From NCBI GenBank assembly GCA_963793245.1, contig CAWBZG010000005.1:569050-633049 (forward strand): 64,000 nucleotides of DNA, read 5' to 3'. Positions 19,613 to 29,797 of the stretch are shown here, one piece after another. The stretch is from Rhodothermales bacterium (GTDB lineage: Bacteria; Bacteroidota; Rhodothermia; Rhodothermales; BA12). Every line of letters begins with the position of its first letter. Within the stretch, counting starts at the first letter, position 1. Both the position numbers and the translations under genes were made by a program. The notes beneath the pieces are model-generated. The model saw only the letters and a program-made list of their open reading frames with translations. It was not told where the DNA came from and did not search any database.

Positions 19613-21610
19613 GTGCGCCTGCTCGCCCTCCTGCTCCTCGCCCTGTGCCTAGGACTTCCCGCCGCCGCGCAGGAGACCGAACCGCCTCAGCAAACACCCA
19701 TTCCCACCGTCGAGCCGCCGCCCCTTCCGACCCAGGAAGCCGAGCCGCAGACGATCCCGGTTCCGACGGTCGAACCCCAAACCGTCCCCGCGCCGCAGCC
19801 GCAGCAGACGGCTCCTCAGCCACGACCGCAGCAAACGACGCCGACACCGCAGCCTCAGCGAACCGAGCCGACTCCGACACCGCGACAGACGCAGCCCGCG
19901 ACGCCTACGCAGCAAACGCGCACCACACCAGAACCGCAACCGTCGGCGCCTGTCTCTCAGCAGGCAGCCCCACCGCCCCCCGCACTCGTCGACACCGCAG
20001 CCGTTGCCGCTGCTCTCCGCGACTCGGTAGCTGCCTCTCAATCGCTAGAAGCACGCCTCGCCTCGCTGCCGACGCCGACCGATGCGCTGCCGTCCATGGG
20101 TCCAGCCTGGACGCCGCCTGCTGACGCCGATTCAGCGCGTGCATCGCTCGAACGCGTACGTCGGCTAGGCTTCACCATTGTTCGCGTGGCGCCCGGTGTA
20201 AGCCGCGACCTACGCGCGTGGGCTGCTCAGTTAGGCGTCCGCTTTTACGTCGACTTGCCGCTCTCCTACCTGACGGCGACACAACTGGCGGATACGTTGG
20301 GCTACGTCGCGCGCATGGCCGACTCGCTCAAAGTGTCCGGCGCAGACTCGACACTGGCAGGTATCGGGCTGGGATCGAACCACGCCACGCGTTCGACCGC
20401 GACGTGCGACGCGCTCCAGCAGGCCGCACAGTCGATCCGCCAGCGCCTGCCGCGTACGACGGTCTACTATCAGACTGCTTTTACCGACGACGCGTGCTCG
20501 CCCGACGCCGGACTTCCTCTCCTCGACTTGCGCGACAGCGACGACGCGGAGCAGCGCTGGGCCGATTGGAAAACTGCCCACCCCGACCGTCGCGCTGCCC
20601 TGCTGTTGGGCCGAGCCGTCTACGCAGGCGAGGAAGGACTGCGCGCTGGTCACTCGCCCGAGCGCGCTGCGCGTCTGCTCGAAACAACCTTCAACGCACT
20701 CGCCGCCGACACGACGCAGCCCGCCTTCGTCCTACTCCACCGCTGGGCGACGATCAGCGAAGACCCCTACGGCCTGTTGACAGACGACGGATCGGACACG
20801 ATGCCGCTTGTCGCTGCCGCCGACGCAGTCCAGGGTATCCCCTCCTCGCCCGCCCTCGCTGCCGGAACGGTCCATCCCAACCGCCGCGCCGACTGGTTGC
20901 GTCTGGGCGGATGGGTCGTCGTCCTGATGATCGGGCTGGCCTTTTCGTCCATGCTGCGGATGCGCCAACTCACTGAGCGCTTCTTTACGGCGTCCGGCTT
21001 CTTCCGCGAAGACGTGCGCGGCTCCCGTGACGGACTGCGCCTCCAGACCGCCGTTTTCGCCACGCTGATGCTTGCGTGTGGTGCGTTCGCCGTGACGCAA
21101 CTGCTGCTCGTCCTCAACGACACGGCAGCTTCGGGCTACATCCGGCACATCGTTGGGGGCGCGATTCCGTTTGGAGCCGTCACCGCGTGGCTGCTACCAA
21201 TTGCCCTCGTCGGAGCGGGGTGGATCGTGCTGCTCGTGATAGGGCTGGCCTTCACGCTGCTCTCGCGCGGACGCCACAGCTTCACGATGGGGCAAGCACT
21301 GATGATTCAGGCGTGGCCGCGCTGGCCGCTCATGCTCCTGCTTATCGCCGCCCTGGTCGTCCCAAGCCTGCCGACGGCTTACGTCGGAGGTGTCGCCCTA
21401 GCCCTGCTCATCGTCTGGGCGCTAATCGCCGTCGGCGCGACCATCCACGCAGCCCTCACGTTCTCGTCGATCACCAACACGACGACGCCCGTCGCCTTAC
21501 TCGTCGTCCTGCTCCATCCCCTGACGTGGCTACTGCTCGTCGGCGTCGGAAGCTACTTCGCAATGCCCGAGCAGATCGGTCTGGCGCTGGACTTGTTGAT
21601 GCGCGGGTAG
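19613..21610 (+). CDS. Mosaic hypothetical protein with a signal peptide, a Pro/Thr/Gln-rich low-complexity region, a periplasmic domain and a C-terminal multi-pass (Yip1-like) membrane domain
   Basis: 665-aa ORF with strong GC3 bias, N-terminal signal sequence and C-terminal 5–6 TM helices. Confidence 0.6.
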   Translation: MRLLALLLLALCLGLPAAAQETEPPQQTPIPTVEPPPLPTQEAEPQTIPVPTVEPQTVPAPQPQQTAPQPRPQQTTPTPQPQRTEPTPTPRQTQPATPTQQTRTTPEPQPSAPVSQQAAPPPPALVDTAAVAAALRDSVAASQSLEARLASLPTPTDALPSMGPAWTPPADADSARASLERVRRLGFTIVRVAPGVSRDLRAWAAQLGVRFYVDLPLSYLTATQLADTLGYVARMADSLKVSGADSTLAGIGLGSNHATRSTATCDALQQAAQSIRQRLPRTTVYYQTAFTDDACSPDAGLPLLDLRDSDDAEQRWADWKTAHPDRRAALLLGRAVYAGEEGLRAGHSPERAARLLETTFNALAADTTQPAFVLLHRWATISEDPYGLLTDDGSDTMPLVAAADAVQGIPSSPALAAGTVHPNRRADWLRLGGWVVVLMIGLAFSSMLRMRQLTERFFTASGFFREDVRGSRDGLRLQTAVFATLMLACGAFAVTQLLLVLNDTAASGYIRHIVGGAIPFGAVTAWLLPIALVGAGWIVLLVIGLAFTLLSRGRHSFTMGQALMIQAWPRWPLMLLLIAALVVPSLPTAYVGGVALALLIVWALIAVGATIHAALTFSSITNTTTPVALLVVLLHPLTWLLLVGVGSYFAMPEQIGLALDLLMRG

Positions 21611-21719
21611 AAATCTAGCGCCTTTCGTATAAGAACGTCTACCGAGGCGTCGTAACTGAGCAGGCTGCTAGTTGCTACCCAAGCCGCTCACCTCGGCATC
21701 TATTCAGAATGGCTGCCTC

Positions 21720-22148
21720 TCACTCGACGCGATCCACCGATCCTAGCATGCGGTACAGTGTGGCCGACCCGAGTAAAAGCGATCCACTCAAGACGACCGC
21801 CATTACAAGTGCGGTCCTCCATATCTCTGACTGCTCTAAGCCGGAAATGCCCGCAGACATCCACAAGGCGGAGACGACGCCCGTCAAGACGGCTCCGACC
21901 ATCAAGGCTTTCCATTGCCGCGTAGACTTGCGAACGACGAGGTAGGCGATGGAGAAATAGGCGAGCGCCAACGCTCCGAATGAAGGGATGGCGAAACGCA
22001 GAAACAGGCCCACCCCTGAAATCTCGCTAGGCCACAAAAGCAAGACAACGAGTGCGAGGCCTGAACATAACACGGCCACGGTAACAACCGAGCCAGCTAC
22101 AATGCCACCGAGTGGACGCGTGAGTGGAACGGGTGTAGGTTCAGGCAT
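21720..22148 (-). CDS. Integral membrane protein, hypothetical (4 TM)
   Basis: Hydrophobic 142-aa ORF. Confidence 0.5.
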   Translation of the reverse strand: MPEPTPVPLTRPLGGIVAGSVVTVAVLCSGLALVVLLLWPSEISGVGLFLRFAIPSFGALALAYFSIAYLVVRKSTRQWKALMVGAVLTGVVSALWMSAGISGLEQSEIWRTALVMAVVLSGSLLLGSATLYRMLGSVDRVE

Positions 22149-22155
22149 GGCTCAC

Positions 22156-23196
22156 TTACCGCGCCGCCGACGCTGCCTCGCGTACCTGAGCGTCGAGTTC
22201 GGACGGCAGCACTATGGGTTCGCGCCCCGCGCCGTCGCCGGACAGGGTCGCCGACGTAAGGCGTTTCCAGACGCGGTCGGAGAAGTCGAAAAACGGCTGC
22301 TTGTGACGCAGCCAGCCGAAGTGCATCACGTAGGGCGTCACGTCGAGGTAGTCGCCGCGTCCGGGTAGAGCCGAAGCTATGCGGATGATGCGATCGCGGA
22401 CGCTGGGGATGCGCAGGCCGCGCAGCGAGTAGACGAAGCGGTCGCAGTAGTAGCGGCAGAGCACGTGCTCGAAGTCGGGATCGTACTGCGTCAGCCCTTC
22501 GATAAAGTCGAGTTGGGGCGAGTTGTAGCCTTGGAACCACGTAAAGACGGGCAGGCGCAGGCGACTCATCGCCATCGCGATACTCCACTCGCACGTCTCT
22601 TCGTTGCGCCCCTCGTTGAGACGGCTGCGGAAGTGCGTTTCGGTCTGGCGGTCGAGGAAAGAGCTGGCGCTGTCGCAGACGAGCCGCGTCACTTCGTCGT
22701 CCTGGGCGTAGATCATGCCTGCCTGGACGCGCGGCAGGTGGCTCAGACCAAACGCACGCATCGTGCTCCGGCGGCGGTCGAACAAGAAGTCGAAGGCGAC
22801 GCTGAATCCTTTGGGTCCGCCAAAGAAGAAGTCGGCGCGTTCGAGGCCGGTCGCCGTGAACGGGAAGGCGGCCATTTGCTGCCACAGCGCGTCCGGGTTG
22901 CGGCACCACACCATGTCGGCGTCGACGTAGAGGCTGCGGTCGTACGGCTTGAACTTGTAGATCGCGTGCTTGAAGCCGACGATCGACCGGTTCTCGACGG
23001 GCAACTCGACGACACGCTCGAACAGCGTATCGAGTCCGTGTTTGCGTAGCGCGTCGCGCTGCTCCTTCGTGCAGTAGAGCGCCACAGGCCGGTGCGCGTC
23101 GTGTCTGCGCAACGTCACCACCGAGGCTACCGCGTGCTGGACGTAGCGTTCGGCGCCGTAGGCGTGTAGGACGTATCCTTCCGTCGGGTCGGACAT
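22156..23196 (-). CDS. Putative nucleotide-sugar glycosyltransferase (GT8-like, DxD)
   Basis: YVLHAYGAERY...VALYCT and a YVDADMVW DxD-like motif. Confidence 0.35.
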   Translation of the reverse strand: MSDPTEGYVLHAYGAERYVQHAVASVVTLRRHDAHRPVALYCTKEQRDALRKHGLDTLFERVVELPVENRSIVGFKHAIYKFKPYDRSLYVDADMVWCRNPDALWQQMAAFPFTATGLERADFFFGGPKGFSVAFDFLFDRRRSTMRAFGLSHLPRVQAGMIYAQDDEVTRLVCDSASSFLDRQTETHFRSRLNEGRNEETCEWSIAMAMSRLRLPVFTWFQGYNSPQLDFIEGLTQYDPDFEHVLCRYYCDRFVYSLRGLRIPSVRDRIIRIASALPGRGDYLDVTPYVMHFGWLRHKQPFFDFSDRVWKRLTSATLSGDGAGREPIVLPSELDAQVREAASAAR

Positions 23197-23326
23197 GCGT
23201 GCGGAGGTGGCGGGGGTCGGCTGCTAAACTAGGGCGTTACGCGTCCTCCGGCGCCGATGTTCTGCAAAGACGAAGCGCACCCACCCCGAAGGATGGATGC
23301 GCTTGCGGTCCAAACGGAGACCCAGA

Positions 23327-23914
23327 TCAGCCTTCGTCGCGGGCGATGCGGCGCTGAAGCACGTTCATTAGGCCGTCGTAGCCTTGGCGCTGGAAGACGC
23401 GCTTGAACTGGCGGTTGTAACTGCCTGCCGTCGACACGTCGTCGAGGATGATGTCGACGATGCGCCATTCGCCGTCGCGCTTGTTGAGTTCGTAGTCGAC
23501 GCGTGCGGTTTTGCCATCGAGCGTCGTGGTCGTCAGCGCCGTCGCCTCGTCGCCTTCGACGCGGATCTCGTTGTAGCGCACGTCGGCGCGGTAGATGGCG
23601 AGGTTACTCAGCGACTGGTTGCGAACGACCTGGCTGAACGCGTCGACGAACGCGCGCTTCTGGTCAGACGAGAGATCGTTCCACTCGTTGTCGAGCGCGT
23701 GGATGCTCATCGCACGGAAGTCGATGGCGCCGTTGAGCAGTTCTTTGAGTTGGTCGCGCTGGGCGTCGGTGAACGTGGAGCGTGTGCCGAGGACGGCTTT
23801 CACATCGCGGTCGCGCTGCTGCAAGAGGGCGCGGACTTCGGCCTGCTGAGCCTGAACGGGGGCGACGCCAATAAAGAGGAGCGCGAGGAAGAGGGCGGAA
23901 ACGAGTCGTTTCAT
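23327..23914 (-). CDS. MlaC/Ttg2D-like periplasmic phospholipid-binding protein
   Basis: Signal peptide and Tgt2/MlaC-like pattern (…DGEWRIVDIILDDVS…). Confidence 0.55.
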   Translation of the reverse strand: MKRLVSALFLALLFIGVAPVQAQQAEVRALLQQRDRDVKAVLGTRSTFTDAQRDQLKELLNGAIDFRAMSIHALDNEWNDLSSDQKRAFVDAFSQVVRNQSLSNLAIYRADVRYNEIRVEGDEATALTTTTLDGKTARVDYELNKRDGEWRIVDIILDDVSTAGSYNRQFKRVFQRQGYDGLMNVLQRRIARDEG

Positions 23915-24002
23915 GTCTGCTATCGTGGACGGAGTGTTGTCGTATGTCGTGGAGAGGGGCAGCGGATAGACGGCCTGAGCGCCGTTTTGTGCTGCCTACC
24001 TG

Positions 24003-25483
24003 TTATCGTTCCACATCCGTGCCGCTTTGCGCGCCGACCATGCCACCGAGCGATCCGCCCTGAGCACGCAGCGTCAGCACGCCCGACGCGTCGAGCAGTC
24101 GAGCGACGGCGACGTTGTACCGCTGAATGGCCTCGTAGTACGACGCTTCGGCTTGGAGCTTGGCCTGGACTGCACGCACCAGGTTTTCGGTATCACCGGT
24201 ACCGAAGTCGAGCGCCAGTCGTTCGTCAAGTACCACTGCCGCGTCAGCCGGTACGCTTCCTCCTGCGCGCCCAGCGCGGCTTCGGCGGTGACGAGGGCGC
24301 GGTACGCCGTCTCGACCTCGAACAGGATGAGTTGGTCGGCGGCGTCCTGCTGGAAGCGCACTTCTTCGCGCTCGGCCTGCGCCTGCTGCACACGCGCTCG
24401 CGTTTGGGCAAAGTTGAGGTTCTGCCGCACCACGAACCCGCCGATTACGCTCTGGCTGATGAGACCATCGTTGACGTACGGGTTGGGCTGGCGAAAACGG
24501 CCTTTGGTATAGGCATAGTTGGCGCGCGCACCGATGCCGAGCTTGGGATAGTAATTCGACTGCGCAACGGCGACCAGGGCATCGCGGGCAGCCAGTCCCG
24601 CATCCGCCTGGGTGAGTTCGGCGCGGTGGGCGAGGCCTAGCGAGAAGTACGTGTCCATCGGCTCACGCTCGAACGGGATGGGCGTCAGGCGCGCATCGGT
24701 TGCGGCGAACGTAGCGGTTTCGGGCAGGAAGAGTTGGCGGCGCAGCGCGGTTCGGGCCGTCAGCACGCCCTGCTGCACCTCTACCAAACGGCGGACGAAT
24801 TCCTGCTCGGTTAGCTGGACCTGGTAGAGATCGCCGTAGCTCACGTCGGGATCGCCGTCGTCGAGCATCTGCGTGAGTTGACGCTTGGCCTGTGCGATCA
24901 GCGGCTCGGTCTCGACGGCGAGTTGTTCGAGGCGGAGCGCGAGTTGCAGCCCGAAGTAGCTCTCGGCCAGACGCAGCGCCGTCGTCGTCGCCTGCACTTC
25001 GACTCCGGCTTCGTCGACAAGGGCGCCATAGCGCGCGGCACGGATGCTGCCGGTCAACTCGCCCCACGTCCACAGCGGCTGGACGACTTCGACTTCGACC
25101 TGGTTGAAGGGACGCAAATCGTCCTTGTCGTTCTTGACGCGCGGATCGAGATAGAGGGCGTCGGTCGAGCCGGTGTAGTCGTCCGGAATGCGCAGACTCG
25201 GCGCGAGACTGTGGGCGGACTCGGCTTTGAAATCCGTCAGGAAGCGGCTGGCGCGTGCGAGGTTGAGGCGCGCGTCGCTGCGATCCGCTTTGGACCGCGC
25301 GATGCCAACTTCTGGACTGACCGACAGGGCCTCGACGATGGCCTCTTCGACCGTCATCCGAACCGTATCCGCAAACGCCCCGACTTCAACGGGGACACGC
25401 ATGCTGTCTGCCGTTTGCGCTCGGGTGTCCGCTACGGTGAGCAGCGAGAGCATCGAAAACAGGACGGCGAGGCGCGCAAACAT
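24003..25483 (-). CDS. TolC-family outer-membrane efflux protein with an apparent -1 frameshift near 24236, which separates the C-terminal 77 aa
   Basis: Signal peptide and OMF repeats. The canonical C-terminus (...AKLQAEASYYEAIQRYNVAVARLLDASG) sits in another frame. Confidence 0.7.
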
Positions 25484-25550
25484 GGCGTTCCGGGTGGGTG
25501 AGCAGAGTGGTACCGACCGATTCAGCAATCGTGCCGACGCGTCGGAAGGG

Positions 25551-26399
25551 TCACAACCGGCACGTCGTGATGTCGGTGACGAGGACGGCGCGTGCTCCGG
25601 CGGCGGACAACTCGTCGAGCAGGCGGTTGGCGTCGCGACGCGGAGCCATGACGCGGACGGCGACCCAGTCCTCCTTGTTGGTCGGCGAAACGGTCGGCGA
25701 CTGGATGCCGGGCGTGATCGCACGAACGACGTCGAGCAGCGACCTCTCGACGACGTAGTCAATCAGCACGTAGGCGCGGGCCGTGATGATGCCTTTGACG
25801 CGCTGGACGAAGCGACTCACGCCCTCGTGATCGAGGATGGACGTATCGCGTCCGATCAGGATCGCCTCACTTTCCAGAACGGGATCGCCGACGGTTTTGA
25901 GTCCAGCCTGTTCGAGCGTGCGGCCCGTCTGCACCACGTCGGCGACGGCGTCGGCCACGCCCAGTTGGATCGAGATTTCGACGGCGCCATCCAGTTCGAC
26001 CACGCGGGCGTCGATGCCGCGCTTGGCCATGTCGTCCCTCACGATGTTGGGATAGCTCGTCGCGATGCGCAGGCCTTCGAAGGCATCGGGGGTCAGGTCG
26101 GAGTCGCGCGGGACGGCGTAGCGGAACGTGCTGCCTCCAAAACCGAGCGGCAGCAGTTCGGCCAGCTGGGAGCCGGAGTCGGCGGCCAGATCGCGTCCCG
26201 TGATGCCGATCTGAAGCGTTCCGTTCGCCACGTAGACGGCGATGTCGCGCGGGCGCAGGAAGAAGAACTCGACTTCGTGATGCGAGTCGCGCGCGATCAG
26301 ATCGCCGTCGCCGCGTCGGACTTTGTATCCGGCCTCGCGAGCCAGCGTGACGGCGCCTTCGGACAGGGCGCCTTTGTTGGGGAGGGCGATGCGGAGCAT
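25551..26399 (-). CDS. hisG: ATP phosphoribosyltransferase, long form
   Basis: HisG catalytic and C-terminal regulatory domains. Confidence 0.85.
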   Translation of the reverse strand: MLRIALPNKGALSEGAVTLAREAGYKVRRGDGDLIARDSHHEVEFFFLRPRDIAVYVANGTLQIGITGRDLAADSGSQLAELLPLGFGGSTFRYAVPRDSDLTPDAFEGLRIATSYPNIVRDDMAKRGIDARVVELDGAVEISIQLGVADAVADVVQTGRTLEQAGLKTVGDPVLESEAILIGRDTSILDHEGVSRFVQRVKGIITARAYVLIDYVVERSLLDVVRAITPGIQSPTVSPTNKEDWVAVRVMAPRRDANRLLDELSAAGARAVLVTDITTCRL

Positions 26400-26455
26400 G
26401 CGGGAGGTCGATTAGAATGCAGAAGCGCCTTCGATGGGCGACAAGGTCGGGGAAG

Positions 26456-26473
26456 CGCCGTTATATAACGGCG
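26456..26473. promoter_or_regulatory. 18-nt perfect palindrome CGCCGTTATATAACGGCG in the hisE–hisG spacer
   Basis: Read directly from sequence. It has an AT-rich core within a GC-rich genome. Confidence 0.4.
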
Positions 26474-26492
26474 GTACGAGGAGCGCAGCGGG

Positions 26493-26756
26493 CTACAGGT
26501 GCTTGTACACGTCGTCCGGCGTGAGGCCGACGGCGAGCATCATCACCTGGGCGTGGTAGAGCAACTGCGAGATTTCCTCAGCGGTGCGCTCCTTGCCCTC
26601 GTGGTTGGCGGCCATCCACACTTCGGCGGCCTCTTCGACTAGCTTCTTGCCGACGCCGTGTGGACCCGCAGCGACGGCGCGGACGGTCCCCGAGTCGGGA
26701 TCACCGGCGGCGACTTTGGCGGTGAGTTCGGAGAAGAGTGCGTCGAAGGTTTTCAT
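26493..26756 (-). CDS. hisE: Phosphoribosyl-ATP pyrophosphohydrolase
   Basis: 87-aa MazG-like HisE ([11 protein letters not shown]...). Confidence 0.8.
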   Translation of the reverse strand: MKTFDALFSELTAKVAAGDPDSGTVRAVAAGPHGVGKKLVEEAAEVWMAANHEGKERTAEEISQLLYHAQVMMLAVGLTPDDVYKHL

Positions 26757-26841
26757 GCAGGCGGCAGATTGAGCATCCGTCCTACGATTTGGACAGGCAG
26801 CCGTGTGCCCACGCCCGTGAGAAAGCCGGGCGAAGACTGCG

Positions 26842-27324
26842 CTACGCTCGGCTCGCCAACTCGGTCAACGCCTCGCCGCTAACGCGCTGAACCGTCCACT
26901 CGTCCATCCCACGCGCGCCGTGGCGACGGTAGACGGCCAGTGCGGGTTCGTTCCAGTCGAGAACGGTCCACTCGTAGCGGGGCCAGCCGCGCTCGATGCA
27001 CAGTTGGGCGCCGTAGGCCAGCAACGCGGTTCCGGCCCCTTTCCCGCGCGCGTCGGGTCGGACGTAAAGGTCTTCGAGCCACAGCCCTTGCAGCCCTGTG
27101 AACGTCGAGAACGTCGGATAGAAGAGCGCGAACCCGTCGTCCTTGCCGTCAATGTTCGCGACGACCGCTTCGCATGCAGGACGCTCGCCGAACAGCGCGG
27201 CGTGCAATAGTTCGGGCGTGTTCACCATCTCGTCTTCCATCTTTTCGTAGACGGCTAGCTCACGAATCAACGCCAGAATCAGGTCGATATCGGCGGGTGT
27301 GGCGGGGCGGATCGTGACGGGCAT
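26842..27324 (-). CDS. GNAT family N-acetyltransferase
   Basis: Acetyl-CoA binding motif [10 protein letters not shown]. Start trimmed to MPVTIRPAT. Confidence 0.75.
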   Translation of the reverse strand: MPVTIRPATPADIDLILALIRELAVYEKMEDEMVNTPELLHAALFGERPACEAVVANIDGKDDGFALFYPTFSTFTGLQGLWLEDLYVRPDARGKGAGTALLAYGAQLCIERGWPRYEWTVLDWNEPALAVYRRHGARGMDEWTVQRVSGEALTELASRA

Positions 27325-27364
27325 GAGCGAGTCGTTTGGAGCGGCCTCGAAGATAGATGCGCAA

Positions 27365-28654
27365 TCAGCCGGTGTACGAGACGCGGTAGATGCGGCCGTT
27401 TCCGTCGTCGGTGAGGAGCAGGCTGCCGTCGGGAAGCACGAGTAGGCCGACGGGACGCGCAAACGTCGTCGGGCCGGACGGGTCGAGCAGGAAGCCGGTC
27501 AGGAAGTCTTCGTAGTGACCCATCGGCTGGGCGCCGTCGAAGGGGACGTGGACGATTTTGTAGCCCGTCCCCTGGCTCCGATTCCAGCTTCCTCGAAACG
27601 CGACGAATGCGCCGCCCTGGTAGCGAGCCGGAAACTGATCGCCGTCGTAGAACTGGACGCCGAGCGCAGCGCTGTGGGCTTCGAAGAGTACGTCCGGCGT
27701 GAGGGTTTGCGATGCCAAGTCGGGGCGCTCGCTCACGTCGCCGTTCATGCGGCGCGGGTCGAGGTTGTCGGGCGCGAGGTAGGCGTAGGGCCAGCCGTAG
27801 AAGCCGCCCTGCTGGACGCGCGTGAAGTAGTCGGGCACCAAGCCGTCGCCCATGCCGTCGCGCTCGTTGACGGTCGTGAACAGATCGCCGGTCGACGGCT
27901 GAAACGCCAGACCGACGGGGTTACGCAGACCGCTGCCGTACGTCGTCCGCTGGCTGCCGTCGGGCCGCATTCGCTGAACCGACGCGCGTGGAAGTTCTTC
28001 CTCGTCCACGTTGCTCTTGCTGCCGACCGACACGTAGAGGTATCCGTCCGGCCCGGCGACGACGTTGCGCGTCCAGTGCTGATTGTAGCCGCCCGGCGTG
28101 AGTTCGGTGATCACCTCTCCGCTACCGCTGATCGACCCGTTGTACGCGTAGCGCCGAACCTCGCCCGTGTTACCGACGAAAAACGCGCCGTCCATAAACG
28201 CCATTCCGAACGGCTGATCCATCGCATTATCCGACGTGGCGAACGTCGTCCGCGTTTCGGCGACGCCATCGCTATCCGCATCAGACAGGCGAGCGATGCG
28301 GTTTGCGCGGCTTTCGGCGACGAGCACGTCTCCTTCGGGCGTGAGCGCGAGCCAGCGTGGAGCATTGAGTCCGTCGGCCCACACCTGGACGCGGAAGCCA
28401 TCGGGCACGTTGAGCGTGGCGCCGCTGGGCACGTCGACGACATCCGGCCCCTTGCGCGCCGAGTTAGTGGCGAACGGCTCGGGCAATGCGTCGAGCGTGA
28501 CGCGGATAGGCGACGGCGTTAGCGTGTTGGTCGGCACTTCCGAAGCGAGCATTCCGGGCGCGGGTGGCGCCGGTGGAGTGTCGTCGACGAGGGCGGCGTC
28601 CTGTGTCGAGCAGGCGACGAGCAGCAGGGCGAGCGGGAGTAGGCGGGCGAGCAT
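27365..28654 (-). CDS. PQQ-dependent soluble sugar (glucose/sorbosone) dehydrogenase, lipoprotein
   Basis: sGDH β-propeller motifs and a lipobox LLVACS. Confidence 0.7.
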   Translation of the reverse strand: MLARLLPLALLLVACSTQDAALVDDTPPAPPAPGMLASEVPTNTLTPSPIRVTLDALPEPFATNSARKGPDVVDVPSGATLNVPDGFRVQVWADGLNAPRWLALTPEGDVLVAESRANRIARLSDADSDGVAETRTTFATSDNAMDQPFGMAFMDGAFFVGNTGEVRRYAYNGSISGSGEVITELTPGGYNQHWTRNVVAGPDGYLYVSVGSKSNVDEEELPRASVQRMRPDGSQRTTYGSGLRNPVGLAFQPSTGDLFTTVNERDGMGDGLVPDYFTRVQQGGFYGWPYAYLAPDNLDPRRMNGDVSERPDLASQTLTPDVLFEAHSAALGVQFYDGDQFPARYQGGAFVAFRGSWNRSQGTGYKIVHVPFDGAQPMGHYEDFLTGFLLDPSGPTTFARPVGLLVLPDGSLLLTDDGNGRIYRVSYTG

Positions 28655-28819
28655 GGCAGAGCGGTTGGACGTGGCAGAGCAATGCGGATCTACGCGCGGA
28701 GTTCGGCGCGCGAATCTGCGCACGGCGTAACACCTGCGATTGGCGGCGTCCGAATGCGTGGCGACTGAGCCTACGCGCTGTATCCTGTCGCCCCCCAACG
28801 CCTCTGCCTCTCCTCGCTG

Positions 28820-29773
28820 ATGTCCACACCTCCCGACGACTCACCTCCGCTCCGTCCGACCGACGATGCCGAATTGGAGGCGCGCGCCGACGACGCATCA
28901 ACCGAAGAGCGCACGGACAGCGACACGCTCGACACCGATTTCGTCGAGACGCCGGGCACGATGGAACACCCGTTGACGCGCGAAACGAAGCGCCCGCAGA
29001 CCATCGTGCAGGCGCCGCCCGGACTTCCACTCGTCGTGCGGATCGTGGCCGGACTGATGGCCGTCGGCGTGATCGGGGCGATGGTGTGGGCGTGGCCCAA
29101 GCCGGACCTGACGCGTTCGTTTGCCCAACTCGCCGAGCCGGGATCGACACCCGTCGCCACCACACTGCCGGACGATTCGGACGTGACGCTACGCTCGGGC
29201 GCGTCGCTTCGTGCTGTCGGAGGCGTCGGCGGAGCCGAGGCACCACGCGTGCTCCTGACCTCGACCGAACGCCACTACCTACTGCGCGGCGACGCGCGCT
29301 TCACCGTTCTACCCGACGATGCCAACCCGTTCGTTATCGACGCCGGTCCGGTGAGGGTAACCACGCCCGGCGCCCGATTCGCCATCGCCGCGTCGGATTC
29401 GTCGGCGATGGTCTACGTCGAGAGCGGATCCGTCACCGTAGAGGCCGACTCGACGCGGACCGTTAGCGGCGGGCAACAGGTTCTCGTTCGAGGTCGCAGA
29501 CTGGGTCTGCCCACTCCCGTCACCTCGTCTGCCGCCATCCTCGACTGGACGACTGGCATGCTGGTCCTCGATCAAACCCGGATGTCCGATGCGACCGACG
29601 AACTGAGCCGTCACTTCGGTACCGCCGTCCGCATCCCGCCCAACGCACAGCGCCGCCGACTGACCGGCACGTTTCGGCTGACGACGCTCGATTCGGCCCT
29701 CGTACAGATCGGCGAGGCAGCGGGTGGCCAATTCGTCAGGGGCGGAAACGCGTACGTGTTCACCCAGCGCTGA
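28820..29773 (+). CDS. FecR-domain transmembrane protein (anti-sigma/sensor-like)
   Basis: Acidic cytoplasmic N-terminus, one TM helix, and FecR domain motifs (VTTPGARFAI..., LVLDQTRMSDATDELSRHFG). Confidence 0.6.
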   Translation: MSTPPDDSPPLRPTDDAELEARADDASTEERTDSDTLDTDFVETPGTMEHPLTRETKRPQTIVQAPPGLPLVVRIVAGLMAVGVIGAMVWAWPKPDLTRSFAQLAEPGSTPVATTLPDDSDVTLRSGASLRAVGGVGGAEAPRVLLTSTERHYLLRGDARFTVLPDDANPFVIDAGPVRVTTPGARFAIAASDSSAMVYVESGSVTVEADSTRTVSGGQQVLVRGRRLGLPTPVTSSAAILDWTTGMLVLDQTRMSDATDELSRHFGTAVRIPPNAQRRRLTGTFRLTTLDSALVQIGEAAGGQFVRGGNAYVFTQR

Positions 29774-29797
29774 CGCGGCGCGGCGTAGCTTTCGGCC

